A stretch of DNA of 41,524 bases from Thermoanaerobaculia bacterium (lineage in GTDB: Bacteria > Acidobacteriota > Thermoanaerobaculia > UBA5066 > Gp7-AA6): NCBI GenBank assembly GCA_035646435.1, contig DASRPJ010000100.1, positions 1 through 41,524 of the forward strand, given 5' to 3'. The notes below the pieces were generated by a model that was not told where the DNA came from, made no database searches, and saw nothing but the letters and a program-made list of their open reading frames with translations. Shown here one piece after another: positions 25,024 through 34,100 of this stretch (its first letter is position 1; each line of letters begins with the position of its first letter). Made by a program: the position numbers and the translations under genes.

Positions 25024-25160
25024 CCTGTCATCCGAACCTTTGCGCCTGCAAGTCATCCCGAGCGAAGCGAGGGATCTGGGCTCTCTTGAAGAGGGAGCCA
25101 GATTCCTCGTCGCTTCGATCCTCGGAATGACAGGGGGGAAGGAGCTTCCGGAATGACAGG
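25024..25160. repeat. Nested imperfect palindromic element built from GTCAT(C/T)CCGAG...GAAGCGA...GG(G/A)ATCTGG modules
   Basis: GTCATCCCGAGCGAAGCGAGGGATCTGG (25052-25079) faces an inverted variant CCAGATTCCTCGTCGCTTCGATCCTCGGAATGAC (25098-25131) that carries two 3-nt indels. Outer CCTGTCATCCG (25024-25034) pairs with CGGAATGACAGG at 25123-25134 and 25149-25160. Confidence 0.8.
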
Positions 25161-25178
25161 GCCAGGGGGGAGAGCCAC

Positions 25179-25661
25179 TCACTCGACCGGCGCCGCCCCT
25201 CGCCCGCGTCGCGCCTGAAAGAACAGCTTCATGAGGTCGCCGCATTCCTCCGCCAGGAGGCCGCCTTCGACGACGGCTCGGTGGTTCAGCCGCGGGTCCT
25301 CCGGAATGTTGCCGAGCGTGCCGCAGTAGCCGGCTTTCGGGTCGGCGCAGCCGAAGACGATCCGGGCGATCCGCGCGTTGACTGCGGCGCCGGCGCACAT
25401 CGGGCAGGGCTCGACGGTGGCATAAAGGGTCGCGCCCTCGATCCGCCAGCTCCCGATGGCCTGCGCCGCCTCCCGGATCGCCTCGATCTCGGCGTGGTGG
25501 GTCGGGTCGGCGAGTGCCTCGCGGCGGTTCCGGCCGCGCCCGATCATGTGTCCCCCGCGGACGACGACGGCCCCGACGGGCACTTCCTGCTCGGAAAAGG
25601 CGATCTTCGCGAACGCGATCGCCTCCCGCAGGAACCTCTCGTCGTCGGGAGTGAACGGCAT
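25179..25661 (-). CDS. tadA: tRNA-specific adenosine(34) deaminase TadA
   Basis: 160 aa CDA-fold protein with HAEIEAI and PCPMCAGA zinc motifs. Typical TadA length. Confidence 0.93.
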   Translation of the reverse strand: MPFTPDDERFLREAIAFAKIAFSEQEVPVGAVVVRGGHMIGRGRNRREALADPTHHAEIEAIREAAQAIGSWRIEGATLYATVEPCPMCAGAAVNARIARIVFGCADPKAGYCGTLGNIPEDPRLNHRAVVEGGLLAEECGDLMKLFFQARRGRGAAPVE

Positions 25662-25738
25662 CGCGGCGCGAGGCTATTACACCCTCTGGAAAGGCCGATT
25701 CGGCGGGTCGGCGAGCGCCCGCTGGCGACCGGAATTGC

Positions 25739-25767
25739 TTGAAACGGGGGGGTGTTGTGGGTAACCT
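25739..25767 (+). promoter_or_regulatory. sigma70-like promoter candidate for tRNA-Arg
   Basis: TTGAAA (25739-25744), 17-nt spacer, TAACCT (25762-25767). The predicted TSS is about 4-5 nt before the tRNA 5' end. Same style as the dcw promoter (TTGACT-N17-TAACAT). Confidence 0.4.
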
Positions 25768-25778
25768 ACGCCGCTCCT

Positions 25779-25855
25779 GCGCCCATAGCTCAATTGGATA
25801 GAGCGTCTGACTACGGATCAGGAGGTTGGGGGTTCAAATCCTCCTGGGCGCACCA
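25779..25855 (+). tRNA. tRNA-Arg (anticodon ACG), CCA encoded
   Basis: GCGCCCA-TA-GCTC-AATTGGATA-GAGC-G-TCTGA-CT-ACG-GA-TCAGG-AGGTT-GGGGG-TTCAAAT-CCTCC-TGGGCGC-A-CCA. Confidence 0.92.
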
Positions 25856-25997
25856 CCTTCGAGCCGCCGGCTGTTGGCTTTAGCCACCCGCTATCGAGCC
25901 GAGAGCCGACGGCTTCGGGCCGACTGGCCCGCGGCGAACCTTTCAACCCGGTTCTCCGTAAGAAAATAGACGTTTCGAGGCTTGATCGGAGGGGGAG

Positions 25998-27281
25998 ATG
26001 TCGAAGAAGAAAAAGATCATTCTGGGCGTCGTCGGCGTCGTCGTCGTCCTGCTGGTCGTGATGGGTCTGCGGGGACGCAAGGACAAGGACGTCGCGCGGG
26101 TGACGACGGCGAAGGTCGAAAAGATCGACCTGGTATCGAAGGTCACGGCGAACGGCAAGATCCAGGCGCGCCGGAAAGTCGACCTGTCCGCGCTCGTGAT
26201 GGGGCAGATCGTCAACCTGGCGGTCAAAGAGGGCGACGTGGTAGACCGGGGCCAGCTCCTCCTCCAGATCGACCGCGCGCAGCTCGCGGCGCAGACGGCG
26301 GGGCGCGAGTCGGCGCTCGGGGCGATGCGCTCCGACCTGGCCGCGGCACGCGCCACCGCCGAGCAGGCGCGGCGCGACTTCCAGCGCGCCAAGCAGAACT
26401 GGGACGCGAAGATCCTTTCCGAGGCGGAGTACCAGAAGGCCCGCTCGGTGCTCGATACGGCGGAGGCGAACCTCTCCGCGGCGCAGCAGCGGCTTCAGGA
26501 GACCGGCGCGAACCTGACGGCGAGCCGGGACTCGCTCTCGAAGACGACGGTCACCGCCCCGCTCGCCGGCATGGTCACGTTCCTGCCCGTCAAGGAGGGC
26601 GAGGTCACGGTCATCGGGACGATGAACAACCCGGGCACGCAGCTGTTGACGATCTCCGACATGTCCGAGGTCGAGGCGGTGATGATGGTCGATGAGACCT
26701 CCGTCCCCGAGGTGAAGGTCGGGCAGAAGGCGTCGCTCTCCGTCGACGCGTACCCCAACCGGAACTTCGAAGGAGTCGTAACCGAGGTCGGCTCGTCCCC
26801 CATCTCCAAGAACGACCCGGACCTGCTCTCCCTGACGCAGGGCTCCGAGGCGATCAACTTCAAGGTGAAGATCCGCGTCGTCAACCCGCCCGAGACGATC
26901 CGTCCGGGCTTCTCGGTCACCGCCGACATCCTCACGGGAAGGACCGAGGGCGCCACGGCGATCCCGATCCAGGCGCTCGTCGTGCGGGACGTTCCGAAGA
27001 AGAACGGCAAGGACGGGAAGCCGGCCGCGGCTTCGGCCTCGACCCGCCCGCAGACCGAGGAAGGCGTCTACCTGATCAAGGCCGGAAAGCTTGCGTTCGA
27101 GAAGGTCGAGACCGGTCTCGCCGGCGAGCTGATGATCGAAGTCAAGAAGGGCCCCGCCGTCGGCGCCGAGATCGTGACCGGACCCTTCAAGGTCCTCCGC
27201 CAGGTCAAGGAGGGCGACAAGGTCATCGTGGAGAAGGAAGGCGAGGGCAAGGGCAAGCCCAAGGGAGGCCAGGCGGCGTGA
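25998..27281 (+). CDS. Efflux periplasmic adaptor (membrane fusion protein, MacA/HlyD family)
   Basis: N-terminal TM (IILGVVGVVVVLLVV), a lipoyl-like segment, a long coiled-coil hairpin (AQLAAQTAGRESALGAMRSDLAAARATAEQARRDFQRAKQ...), then beta-barrel/MPD regions. SD GGAGGGGGAG. Confidence 0.9.
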   Translation: MSKKKKIILGVVGVVVVLLVVMGLRGRKDKDVARVTTAKVEKIDLVSKVTANGKIQARRKVDLSALVMGQIVNLAVKEGDVVDRGQLLLQIDRAQLAAQTAGRESALGAMRSDLAAARATAEQARRDFQRAKQNWDAKILSEAEYQKARSVLDTAEANLSAAQQRLQETGANLTASRDSLSKTTVTAPLAGMVTFLPVKEGEVTVIGTMNNPGTQLLTISDMSEVEAVMMVDETSVPEVKVGQKASLSVDAYPNRNFEGVVTEVGSSPISKNDPDLLSLTQGSEAINFKVKIRVVNPPETIRPGFSVTADILTGRTEGATAIPIQALVVRDVPKKNGKDGKPAAASASTRPQTEEGVYLIKAGKLAFEKVETGLAGELMIEVKKGPAVGAEIVTGPFKVLRQVKEGDKVIVEKEGEGKGKPKGGQAA

Positions 27282-28492
27282 CGAACGCGGAGCTCTTCCG
27301 CGTCTCCGCGTCGGCTCTGACGCGCCACAAGATGCGCGCGTTCCTGACGTTGCTCGGGGTCATCATCGGCGTCGCGACGGTCGTCGGCGTGGTCTCCGTG
27401 ATCTCCGGCCTGAACGCTTACGTCAACGACAAGATGATCGGGCTGAACCCGGACGTCGTCATCTTCACGAAGTACGGGATCATCACGAGCCGGGAGGAGT
27501 GGCTGCTCGCGCGCAAGCGCAAGGACATCACTCTGACGGACATGGCGATCATCCAGCGCGAGTGCCGCCTCTGCTCCACGGTGGGGGGGCGCGGCGACCG
27601 CCGGCGTCCGGTGAAATACGCCGACAACAAGCTCGCCGACGTCGAGATCCAGGGTCACACCGCGAACATGGGCGAAGCGATGAACTTCGACATCGTGACG
27701 GGCCGCTACTTCACTCCGGCGGAGTACGACCACGCCGCGTCGGTCGCTGTGATCGGGTGGGACGTCCAGGATCAGCTCTTCCCGCACATGGACCCGATCG
27801 GGCGGATCATGAAGGTCGACGGCTATCCGGTAAAAGTCATCGGAACCCTCGCGAAGCAGGGCAACGTGATGGGCCAGAGCCAGGACAGCGTCGTCTACAT
27901 GCCTTTGACACTGTTCAAGAAGCGCATCGCGCCCAACGAGGATATCGGGGTGTTCATGAAGCCCATCGGGGGAGTGGCCATGGTCGGGCAGGCGACGGAC
28001 GAAGTCCGCTCGATCCTCCGGTCCCTGCGGAAGACCAAGTACGACAAGGACGACCCGTTCGGACTCGTGACGGCGGAGATGCTCCAGGACCTGTGGAAGA
28101 ACATCTCGGCCGGCGCCTTCCTCCTGATGATCCTGATCTCCGGGATCTCGCTCGTCGTCGGCGCGATCGTGATCGCCAACATCATGTTCGTCTCGGTCGT
28201 CGAGCGGACCAAGGAGATCGGCGTGCGCCGCGCCCTCGGCGCGCGGCGGCGCGACATCCGGCGGCAGTTCCTGCTCGAAGCGGCTCTCCTCTCGGCGGTC
28301 GGCGGGATCTTCGGCGTGGCTCTCGGGTCGTTGATCGCGCTGGCCGTCAACCAGGTGTTCCCGGCTCAGGTCAAGCTCTCGTTCATCATCGTCGGAATCG
28401 GCGTCGCCACGGTCACGGGGCTGATCGCGGGCTGGATCCCCTCCAACCAGGCAAGCAAGCTCGCGCCCGTCGAGGCGCTCCGTTACGAATGA
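27278..28492 (+). CDS. MacB/FtsX-type ABC permease, paralogue 1 (no fused ATPase)
   Basis: GTG overlaps the MFP stop (GTGA). TM1 (AFLTLLGVIIGVATVVGVVSVISG), a roughly 230-aa periplasmic domain, then an FtsX C-terminal module (VERTKEIGVRRALGARRRDIRRQFLLEA) ending PVEALRYE. Confidence 0.9.
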   Translation: MTNAELFRVSASALTRHKMRAFLTLLGVIIGVATVVGVVSVISGLNAYVNDKMIGLNPDVVIFTKYGIITSREEWLLARKRKDITLTDMAIIQRECRLCSTVGGRGDRRRPVKYADNKLADVEIQGHTANMGEAMNFDIVTGRYFTPAEYDHAASVAVIGWDVQDQLFPHMDPIGRIMKVDGYPVKVIGTLAKQGNVMGQSQDSVVYMPLTLFKKRIAPNEDIGVFMKPIGGVAMVGQATDEVRSILRSLRKTKYDKDDPFGLVTAEMLQDLWKNISAGAFLLMILISGISLVVGAIVIANIMFVSVVERTKEIGVRRALGARRRDIRRQFLLEAALLSAVGGIFGVALGSLIALAVNQVFPAQVKLSFIIVGIGVATVTGLIAGWIPSNQASKLAPVEALRYE

Positions 28493-28511
28493 CCTCTAAG
28501 TCGTAGACCCC

Positions 28512-29786
28512 ATGTCCGGAATCTTCAACCACCTCCGCCGCGGCTTCGGCGAGAACATGCGCTTCGCGCTCCTCGCCGTGCGGACGCACAAGCTCCGCGC
28601 GGTCCTGACCGTACTCGGCATCGTCGTCGGGGTCGCGACCGTCATTGCGATGGTCTCGATCGTGACCGGCTTCAACAACAACATGGTGCGCAACTTCCAG
28701 AGCTTCGGCGCCACGCTCGTGCAGTTCCAGAAGTTCGAAGCCCGGTTCGGCCCGGGGCGCCGCGACCCCTCCGAGAGGCGGCGCAAGGACCTTCACTACG
28801 AGGACGCCGTTGCCCTCAAGGAGTCGATCCCCGAGATGCGGGCGGTGTCGCCGGAGCGATACCTGTGGAACACCGACGTGAGCGTCAAGTACCGCGACAA
28901 CGAGACGACGACTCCGGTCGTCGCGGGCGTGAACCAGGACTACCCGATCGCGAACAACCACTACGTCGGGTACGGCCGTTTCATCACCGAGACCGACTTC
29001 CTGCACAGCTCCAGCGTCGCCGTGATCGGTGAGGACGTCCGAAACATCCTGTTCCCCCGCGAGGACCCGCTCGAGAAGGTCGTCAACTTCAACGGCGAGG
29101 ATTTCGTGATCGTCGGAGTCCTCGAAAAGAAGGGCAACGCGTTCGGCGGCTCCAACGACAACTTTTTCCTGATCCCGTTCTCCACCTTCGATCGGAAGTT
29201 CCCGCAGATCAAGAACAGCGGCGGCGACACGATCCACATCGCGACCGTGCCCTACACGCCCGAGCAGGTCCCGCTCATAATCGAGAAGGGGACCGCGCTC
29301 CTGCGCGCGCGGAGGCACGTTCCCTTCAATAAGCCGAACGACTTCGCGATCTTCACGCCGGACAAGCTGATCGAGAGCTTCCAGGGGATCACCCGCGGTG
29401 TCACGCTCGCGATGGTATTCATCGCGTTCATCTCGCTCCTCATCGGGGGCGTCGGCGTCATGAACATCATGCTCGTCTCCGTCACCGAGCGGACGCGCGA
29501 GATCGGGGTTCGGAAGGCGGTGGGCGCGTTCCGGCGCGACATCGTGATGCAGTTCCTGACCGAGGCGACGACGCTGTCGGTCCTCGGCGGGGCGATCGGG
29601 GTGATCGTGGGCGTCGCCGTGCCGGCGGGAATCAAGCGCGTGTTCGCCGCTCTCCCCGCCGAGACGCCGCTCTGGGCAGTCGTCGTGGGCCTGCTCGTCT
29701 CGATGTCGGTCGGGATCTTCTTCGGGCTCTATCCCGCGGTGAAAGCCTCCCGACTCGACCCGATCGAAGCGCTAAGATACGAGTAG
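28512..29786 (+). CDS. MacB/FtsX-type ABC permease, paralogue 2
   Basis: Same architecture as paralogue 1. TERTREIGVRKAVGAFRRDIVMQFLTEA; ends PIEALRYE. Confidence 0.9.
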   Translation: MSGIFNHLRRGFGENMRFALLAVRTHKLRAVLTVLGIVVGVATVIAMVSIVTGFNNNMVRNFQSFGATLVQFQKFEARFGPGRRDPSERRRKDLHYEDAVALKESIPEMRAVSPERYLWNTDVSVKYRDNETTTPVVAGVNQDYPIANNHYVGYGRFITETDFLHSSSVAVIGEDVRNILFPREDPLEKVVNFNGEDFVIVGVLEKKGNAFGGSNDNFFLIPFSTFDRKFPQIKNSGGDTIHIATVPYTPEQVPLIIEKGTALLRARRHVPFNKPNDFAIFTPDKLIESFQGITRGVTLAMVFIAFISLLIGGVGVMNIMLVSVTERTREIGVRKAVGAFRRDIVMQFLTEATTLSVLGGAIGVIVGVAVPAGIKRVFAALPAETPLWAVVVGLLVSMSVGIFFGLYPAVKASRLDPIEALRYE

Positions 29787-29847
29787 TGCCCGGCGGTCAG
29801 CTCTCGGTGCTCCCCGGAGCGCCGTGAACTGATGACCGGAGAATAGC

Positions 29848-31131
29848 TTGTCCACCCTTCTCAAGCACCTTCGCCGGGGATTCGGCGAGAACACGCGGTT
29901 CGCGCTCCTCGCCGTCCGCGCGCACAAGCTGCGCGCTTCGCTCACCGTGCTCGGCATCGTCGTGGGCGTGGCGACCGTCATCGCGATGGTCTCGATCGTG
30001 ACCGGCTTCAACAACAACATGGTCCGCAACTTCCAGAGCTTCGGCGCATCGCTCGTCCTCTTCCAGAAGTACGAGCCGCGGTTCGGGCCGGGCGGCCCGA
30101 GGCCGGAGGGCGAGCTGCGCCGGAAGGACCTGACCCTCGAGGACGCCGCGGCGTTGCGCGAGATCCCGGAGATGCGCGCCGTCTCTCCTCAGCGCTACCT
30201 GTGGAACAACTCCGACTACCACCTGAAGCACCGCGATTCCGAAGCCCAGTCACCCCGGGTCTTCGGTGTCATGGAGGAGTATCCGACCGCCACGAATCGC
30301 GTCGTCGGCCAGGGACGTTTTTTCACGCCGACCGAGATCGACCACGCGGCGTCCGTCATGGTGATCGGCGAGGAGATCCGCGAGAAGGTGTTTTCGCGCG
30401 AGGATCCCATCGGGAAACGAGTCATGCTCGGCCACGACGGCTACTACGTCGTCGGCGTGTTCGAGAAAAAGGGAAAGATGTTCGGCGAGTCGCAGGACAA
30501 CTTCGTCGTCGTTCCGATCACCACGTTCGATCGCCGTTTTCCGTGGATCAAGGTCGGGGGTGGGGAGGGGGACGCCCTCCGGATCGCGACCGTTCCTTTC
30601 ACTCCGGCCCAGGTCCCCGTGATCATCGAGAAGGCGCGCACGATTCTCCGGACGCGACGGCACGTCCGGTTCGACAAGGAAGACGACTTCGGCATCGTGA
30701 CGCCGGACAAGATGATCGAGAGCTTCCGCGGGATCACGAGCGGCATCACGCTCGCGATGGTCTTCATCGCGTTCATCTCGCTCCTGATCGGCGGCGTCGG
30801 CGTCATGAACATCATGCTCGTCTCGGTTACGGAGCGAACGCGCGAGATCGGCGTGAGAAAGGCGGTGGGCGCCTTCCGCCGCGACATCGTCCTGCAGTTC
30901 CTGACGGAGGCGACCACGCTGTCCCTCATCGGGGGCGCGATCGGCGTCGCCGTCGGCGTCGCGGTACCGGCCGGGATCAAACGCGTTTTCGACGCGCTGC
31001 CGGCGGAGACCCCGCTCTGGGCGATCATCGTCGGCCTCTTCGTCTCGATGTCGGTGGGGATCTTCTTCGGGCTCTACCCCGCGGTCAAAGCCTCGCGGCT
31101 CGACCCGATCGAAGCGCTGAGGTACGAGTAG
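29848..31131 (+). CDS. MacB/FtsX-type ABC permease, paralogue 3
   Basis: TTG start aligned with the ATG of paralogue 2 and preceded by GGAGA. TM modules are near-identical to paralogue 2, while the periplasmic domain is diverged. Confidence 0.9.
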   Translation: MSTLLKHLRRGFGENTRFALLAVRAHKLRASLTVLGIVVGVATVIAMVSIVTGFNNNMVRNFQSFGASLVLFQKYEPRFGPGGPRPEGELRRKDLTLEDAAALREIPEMRAVSPQRYLWNNSDYHLKHRDSEAQSPRVFGVMEEYPTATNRVVGQGRFFTPTEIDHAASVMVIGEEIREKVFSREDPIGKRVMLGHDGYYVVGVFEKKGKMFGESQDNFVVVPITTFDRRFPWIKVGGGEGDALRIATVPFTPAQVPVIIEKARTILRTRRHVRFDKEDDFGIVTPDKMIESFRGITSGITLAMVFIAFISLLIGGVGVMNIMLVSVTERTREIGVRKAVGAFRRDIVLQFLTEATTLSLIGGAIGVAVGVAVPAGIKRVFDALPAETPLWAIIVGLFVSMSVGIFFGLYPAVKASRLDPIEALRYE

Positions 31132-31191
31132 ATCCCCGGTTTCCTCTGCCCGTCGTCCTGACCAGTCCGAACGGTAAGATTTCCGGACTTC

Positions 31192-34100
31192 ATGCCTCTC
31201 GCGACCGGAAGCCGTCTCGGCCCGCACGAGATCATCGCCCCGCTCGGACAGGGCGGCATGGGGGAGGTCTATCGCGCGCGGGATACCCGGCTCGGCCGCG
31301 AGGTCGCGATCAAGATCCTGCCCCCCATCCTCGCTTCCGACCGGGAGAGACTGCGGCTCCTCGAGCACGAGGCGCGCGCCGCGTCGGCGCTCAATCACCC
31401 CAACATCGTCACGATCTACGAGATCGGGCAGGAGGGCGCCACCTCCTACATCTCCATGGAGCTCGTCCAAGGATCGAGCCTGCGCGACCTCGTCCTCGAG
31501 GGGGCGGTTCCCCTGCGGCGGCTCCTCTCGATCGCCGCCCAGACCGCGGACGGGCTCGCGAAAGCGCACGCCGCCGGAATCGTCCACCGGGACCTGAAGC
31601 CCGAGAACCTCATGGTCTCGAGCGACGGGTTCGTGAAGATCCTCGACTTCGGCCTCGCGAAGCTCGTCCCCACGGAGACGGAATCCCCGGACGAGGCGTC
31701 GACCTCCAGCCACGCGGAGCTCGCCGGCGGCGTCGCCGGCACGGTCGGGTACATGTCACCGGAACAGGCCTCCGGCAAGCCGATCGACTTCCGGTCGGAT
31801 CAGTTCTCTCTCGGTTCCGTCCTCTACGAGCTCGCCACCGGGACTCGGGCATTCCGGCGGGAGACGCCTGTGCAGACGCTCGCGGCGATACTCGAGGACG
31901 AGCCCGAGCCGATCGCGTCGCGAAACGCGCGGCTCCCGGCGCCGTTCTGCTGGATCGTCGAGCGCTGCCTTTCCAAGGACCCGGACGGGCGCTACGCGTC
32001 GACGCGCGACCTGGCCCGGGACCTGGCCGCGCTGCGCGAGCACCTATCCGGAAAGTCGGAGGCACTCGGCCCGCGCCCATCGAGCCTCCCGGTGCCGCGG
32101 ACGCGCTTCGTCGGACGCGAGAAGGAGAGGGCCGCCCTCCGCGCCCTGCTCGAGCGGCCGGAAGTGCGCGTCGTGAGCCTGACGGGCTTCGGCGGGATCG
32201 GAAAGACGCGGCTCGCGCTCCAGGTCGCCGAGGACATGACGGCGCTCTTTCCGGCGGGGATTTCGTTCGTCCCGCTCGAGTCCGCTCGCGATGCGGAGCA
32301 GATGGTCGCCGCGATCTGCCGGGCGATCGGGGTCCGGGAAACGGCCGGCCAGACGCTGCGGGACTCCCTGAAGGAACAGCTTGCCGCCGGGGGACGCTCG
32401 CCGAGGCTTCTCGTTCTCGACAATTTCGAGCAGCTGGCGGCGGCGGCTCCGGCCGTGGCGGACCTCGTTGCCGCGGCACCCGGGATAAACGTCCTCGTCA
32501 CGAGCCGTTCGCCCCTCCACGTCTACGGCGAGCACGAGTTTCCGGTCCCACCGCTCGCCCTTCCCGACCTCGACGCCCTTCCCCCGCTCGAGACGCTGAC
32601 GCAGTACGAGTCGGTCGCGCTCTTTCTCCAGCAGGCGCAGGCGATCAAACCGGACTTCGCCCTGACGAAGGAAAACGCGCCGCAGATCGCGGAGATCTGT
32701 GCCCGCCTGGACGGGCTGCCGCTCGCGCTCGAGCTCGCGGCGGCGCGCGTCAAGCTCCTCTCGCCCGCCGCGATGCAGTCGCGGCTCGAAAAGCGCCTGC
32801 AGCTCCTGACGGGAGGCGCGCTCGACCTCCCCGCCCGGCAGCGGACGCTGCGGGGCGCGATCGAGTGGAGCCACGACCTTCTCGACGAGGACGAGCAGAA
32901 ACTCTTCCGGCGGCTCTCGGTCTTCGTGGACGGGTGCACGCTCGAAGCCGTCGAAGCGGCGTGCAACGCGAAGGAAGACCTGCAGGTCGACGTCCTCGAC
33001 GGGATGTCGTCCATGGTCGACAAGAGCCTGGTGAGACAGATCGAAGCGGAGGGGGAAGAGCCGCGTTTCGTCATGCTCGAGACGATTCGCGAGTACGCGC
33101 TCGAGCGGCTCGCGGCCTCCGGCGACGATCCGATCACCCGCCGCGGTCACGCCGCCTACTGCCTCGTGCTCGCGGAGGAGATCGGGTCCGCGCGCGTCAC
33201 GTCCGTCGTCGATTCCGCCGCGTGGCTCGACCAATGCGAGCGCGAGCACGGCAACTTGAACGCGGCGCTCGAGTGGACTTGCCGGAACGACGAGGGGAAC
33301 TGGGGCCTGCGGCTCGGGGGAGCGCTCTTCCAGTTCTGGGAGCGCCGGGAGTACATCTCGGAGGGGAGGGACTGGCTGGCGAAGCTGCTCGCGCTTCCGA
33401 GCGCGGCGCGTCGCGACAAGGTGCGGGCGCGGGCGGCCTTTGCGGCCGGCGTTCTCGCCGGTGCCCAGAGGGACTACGAGCGCGCACATACCCTGCTCGG
33501 TGAGAGCCTCGAGATCAACCGGGAGACGGACGACAAGTGGGCGGCCGCGGTGTCGTTGAACGCGCTCGCGGTGACCGCGCTCGACCGTCGGGACGTCGCC
33601 GCGGCGCGCTCACTCTCGGAGCAGAACCTCGACGTGTGGCGCGAGCTCGGCGACAAGGCGGCGGTCGGCCGCTCCCTGTCCAACCTCGCGAGCGTCGTGA
33701 AGGAGCAGGGGGACTACGCGCTCGCCCGCTCGCTCTACGACGAGGCGCTCGCGGCGTTCCGCGAGATCGGCGACGAGACCGCCGCGGCGCGCGTCAGGAA
33801 CAAGCAGGGGGACGTCGCCCGGGCGCAGGGAGACGCCGCCGGCGCGAAGGAGCTGTACGAGCGGAGCCTTGCGACGTTCCGCGAGTTCGGGGACCGGTGG
33901 GGAACCGCGCTCGCGCTCGCCGACCTCGGCAACCTGGCTCGGGAGGGGAAGGACTTTTCGCTGGCGCGCTCGCACTATCGCGAAAGCCTTCGGATCTTCC
34001 AGGACCTCGACTACAAGCGCGGCGTCGCGCAGATCCTCGAGAGCTTCGCGTGCGCCGCGGCCGCGGAAGGCGAGCCGAAGGAGGCGCTCGCTCTCGCCGG

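Noticed and set aside
24994-25398. 134-aa minus-strand ORF across the palindromic element and into tadA antisense
   Set aside because: It is a translation of the repeat (SLASLGMT-type peptide) plus an out-of-frame overlap with tadA.
25723-25739. sigma54-like TGGCGACCGGAATTGCT upstream of tRNA-Arg
   Set aside because: The GG-to-GC distance is 13 nt, not the invariant 12. A sigma70-type TTGAAA-N17-TAACCT explains tRNA expression better.
21464-25860. Genomic island or prophage integration at the three tRNA genes
   Set aside because: No integrase, transposase, phage genes or tRNA 3'-end direct repeats were found. The slightly lower GC of the ferritin-like gene is explained by its Lys/Glu-rich composition.
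30201-33503. 1100-aa plus-strand ORF spanning permease 3 and kinase 2
   Set aside because: It is an off-frame read-through of two well-supported genes, with Arg/Pro/Gly-rich low-complexity translation.
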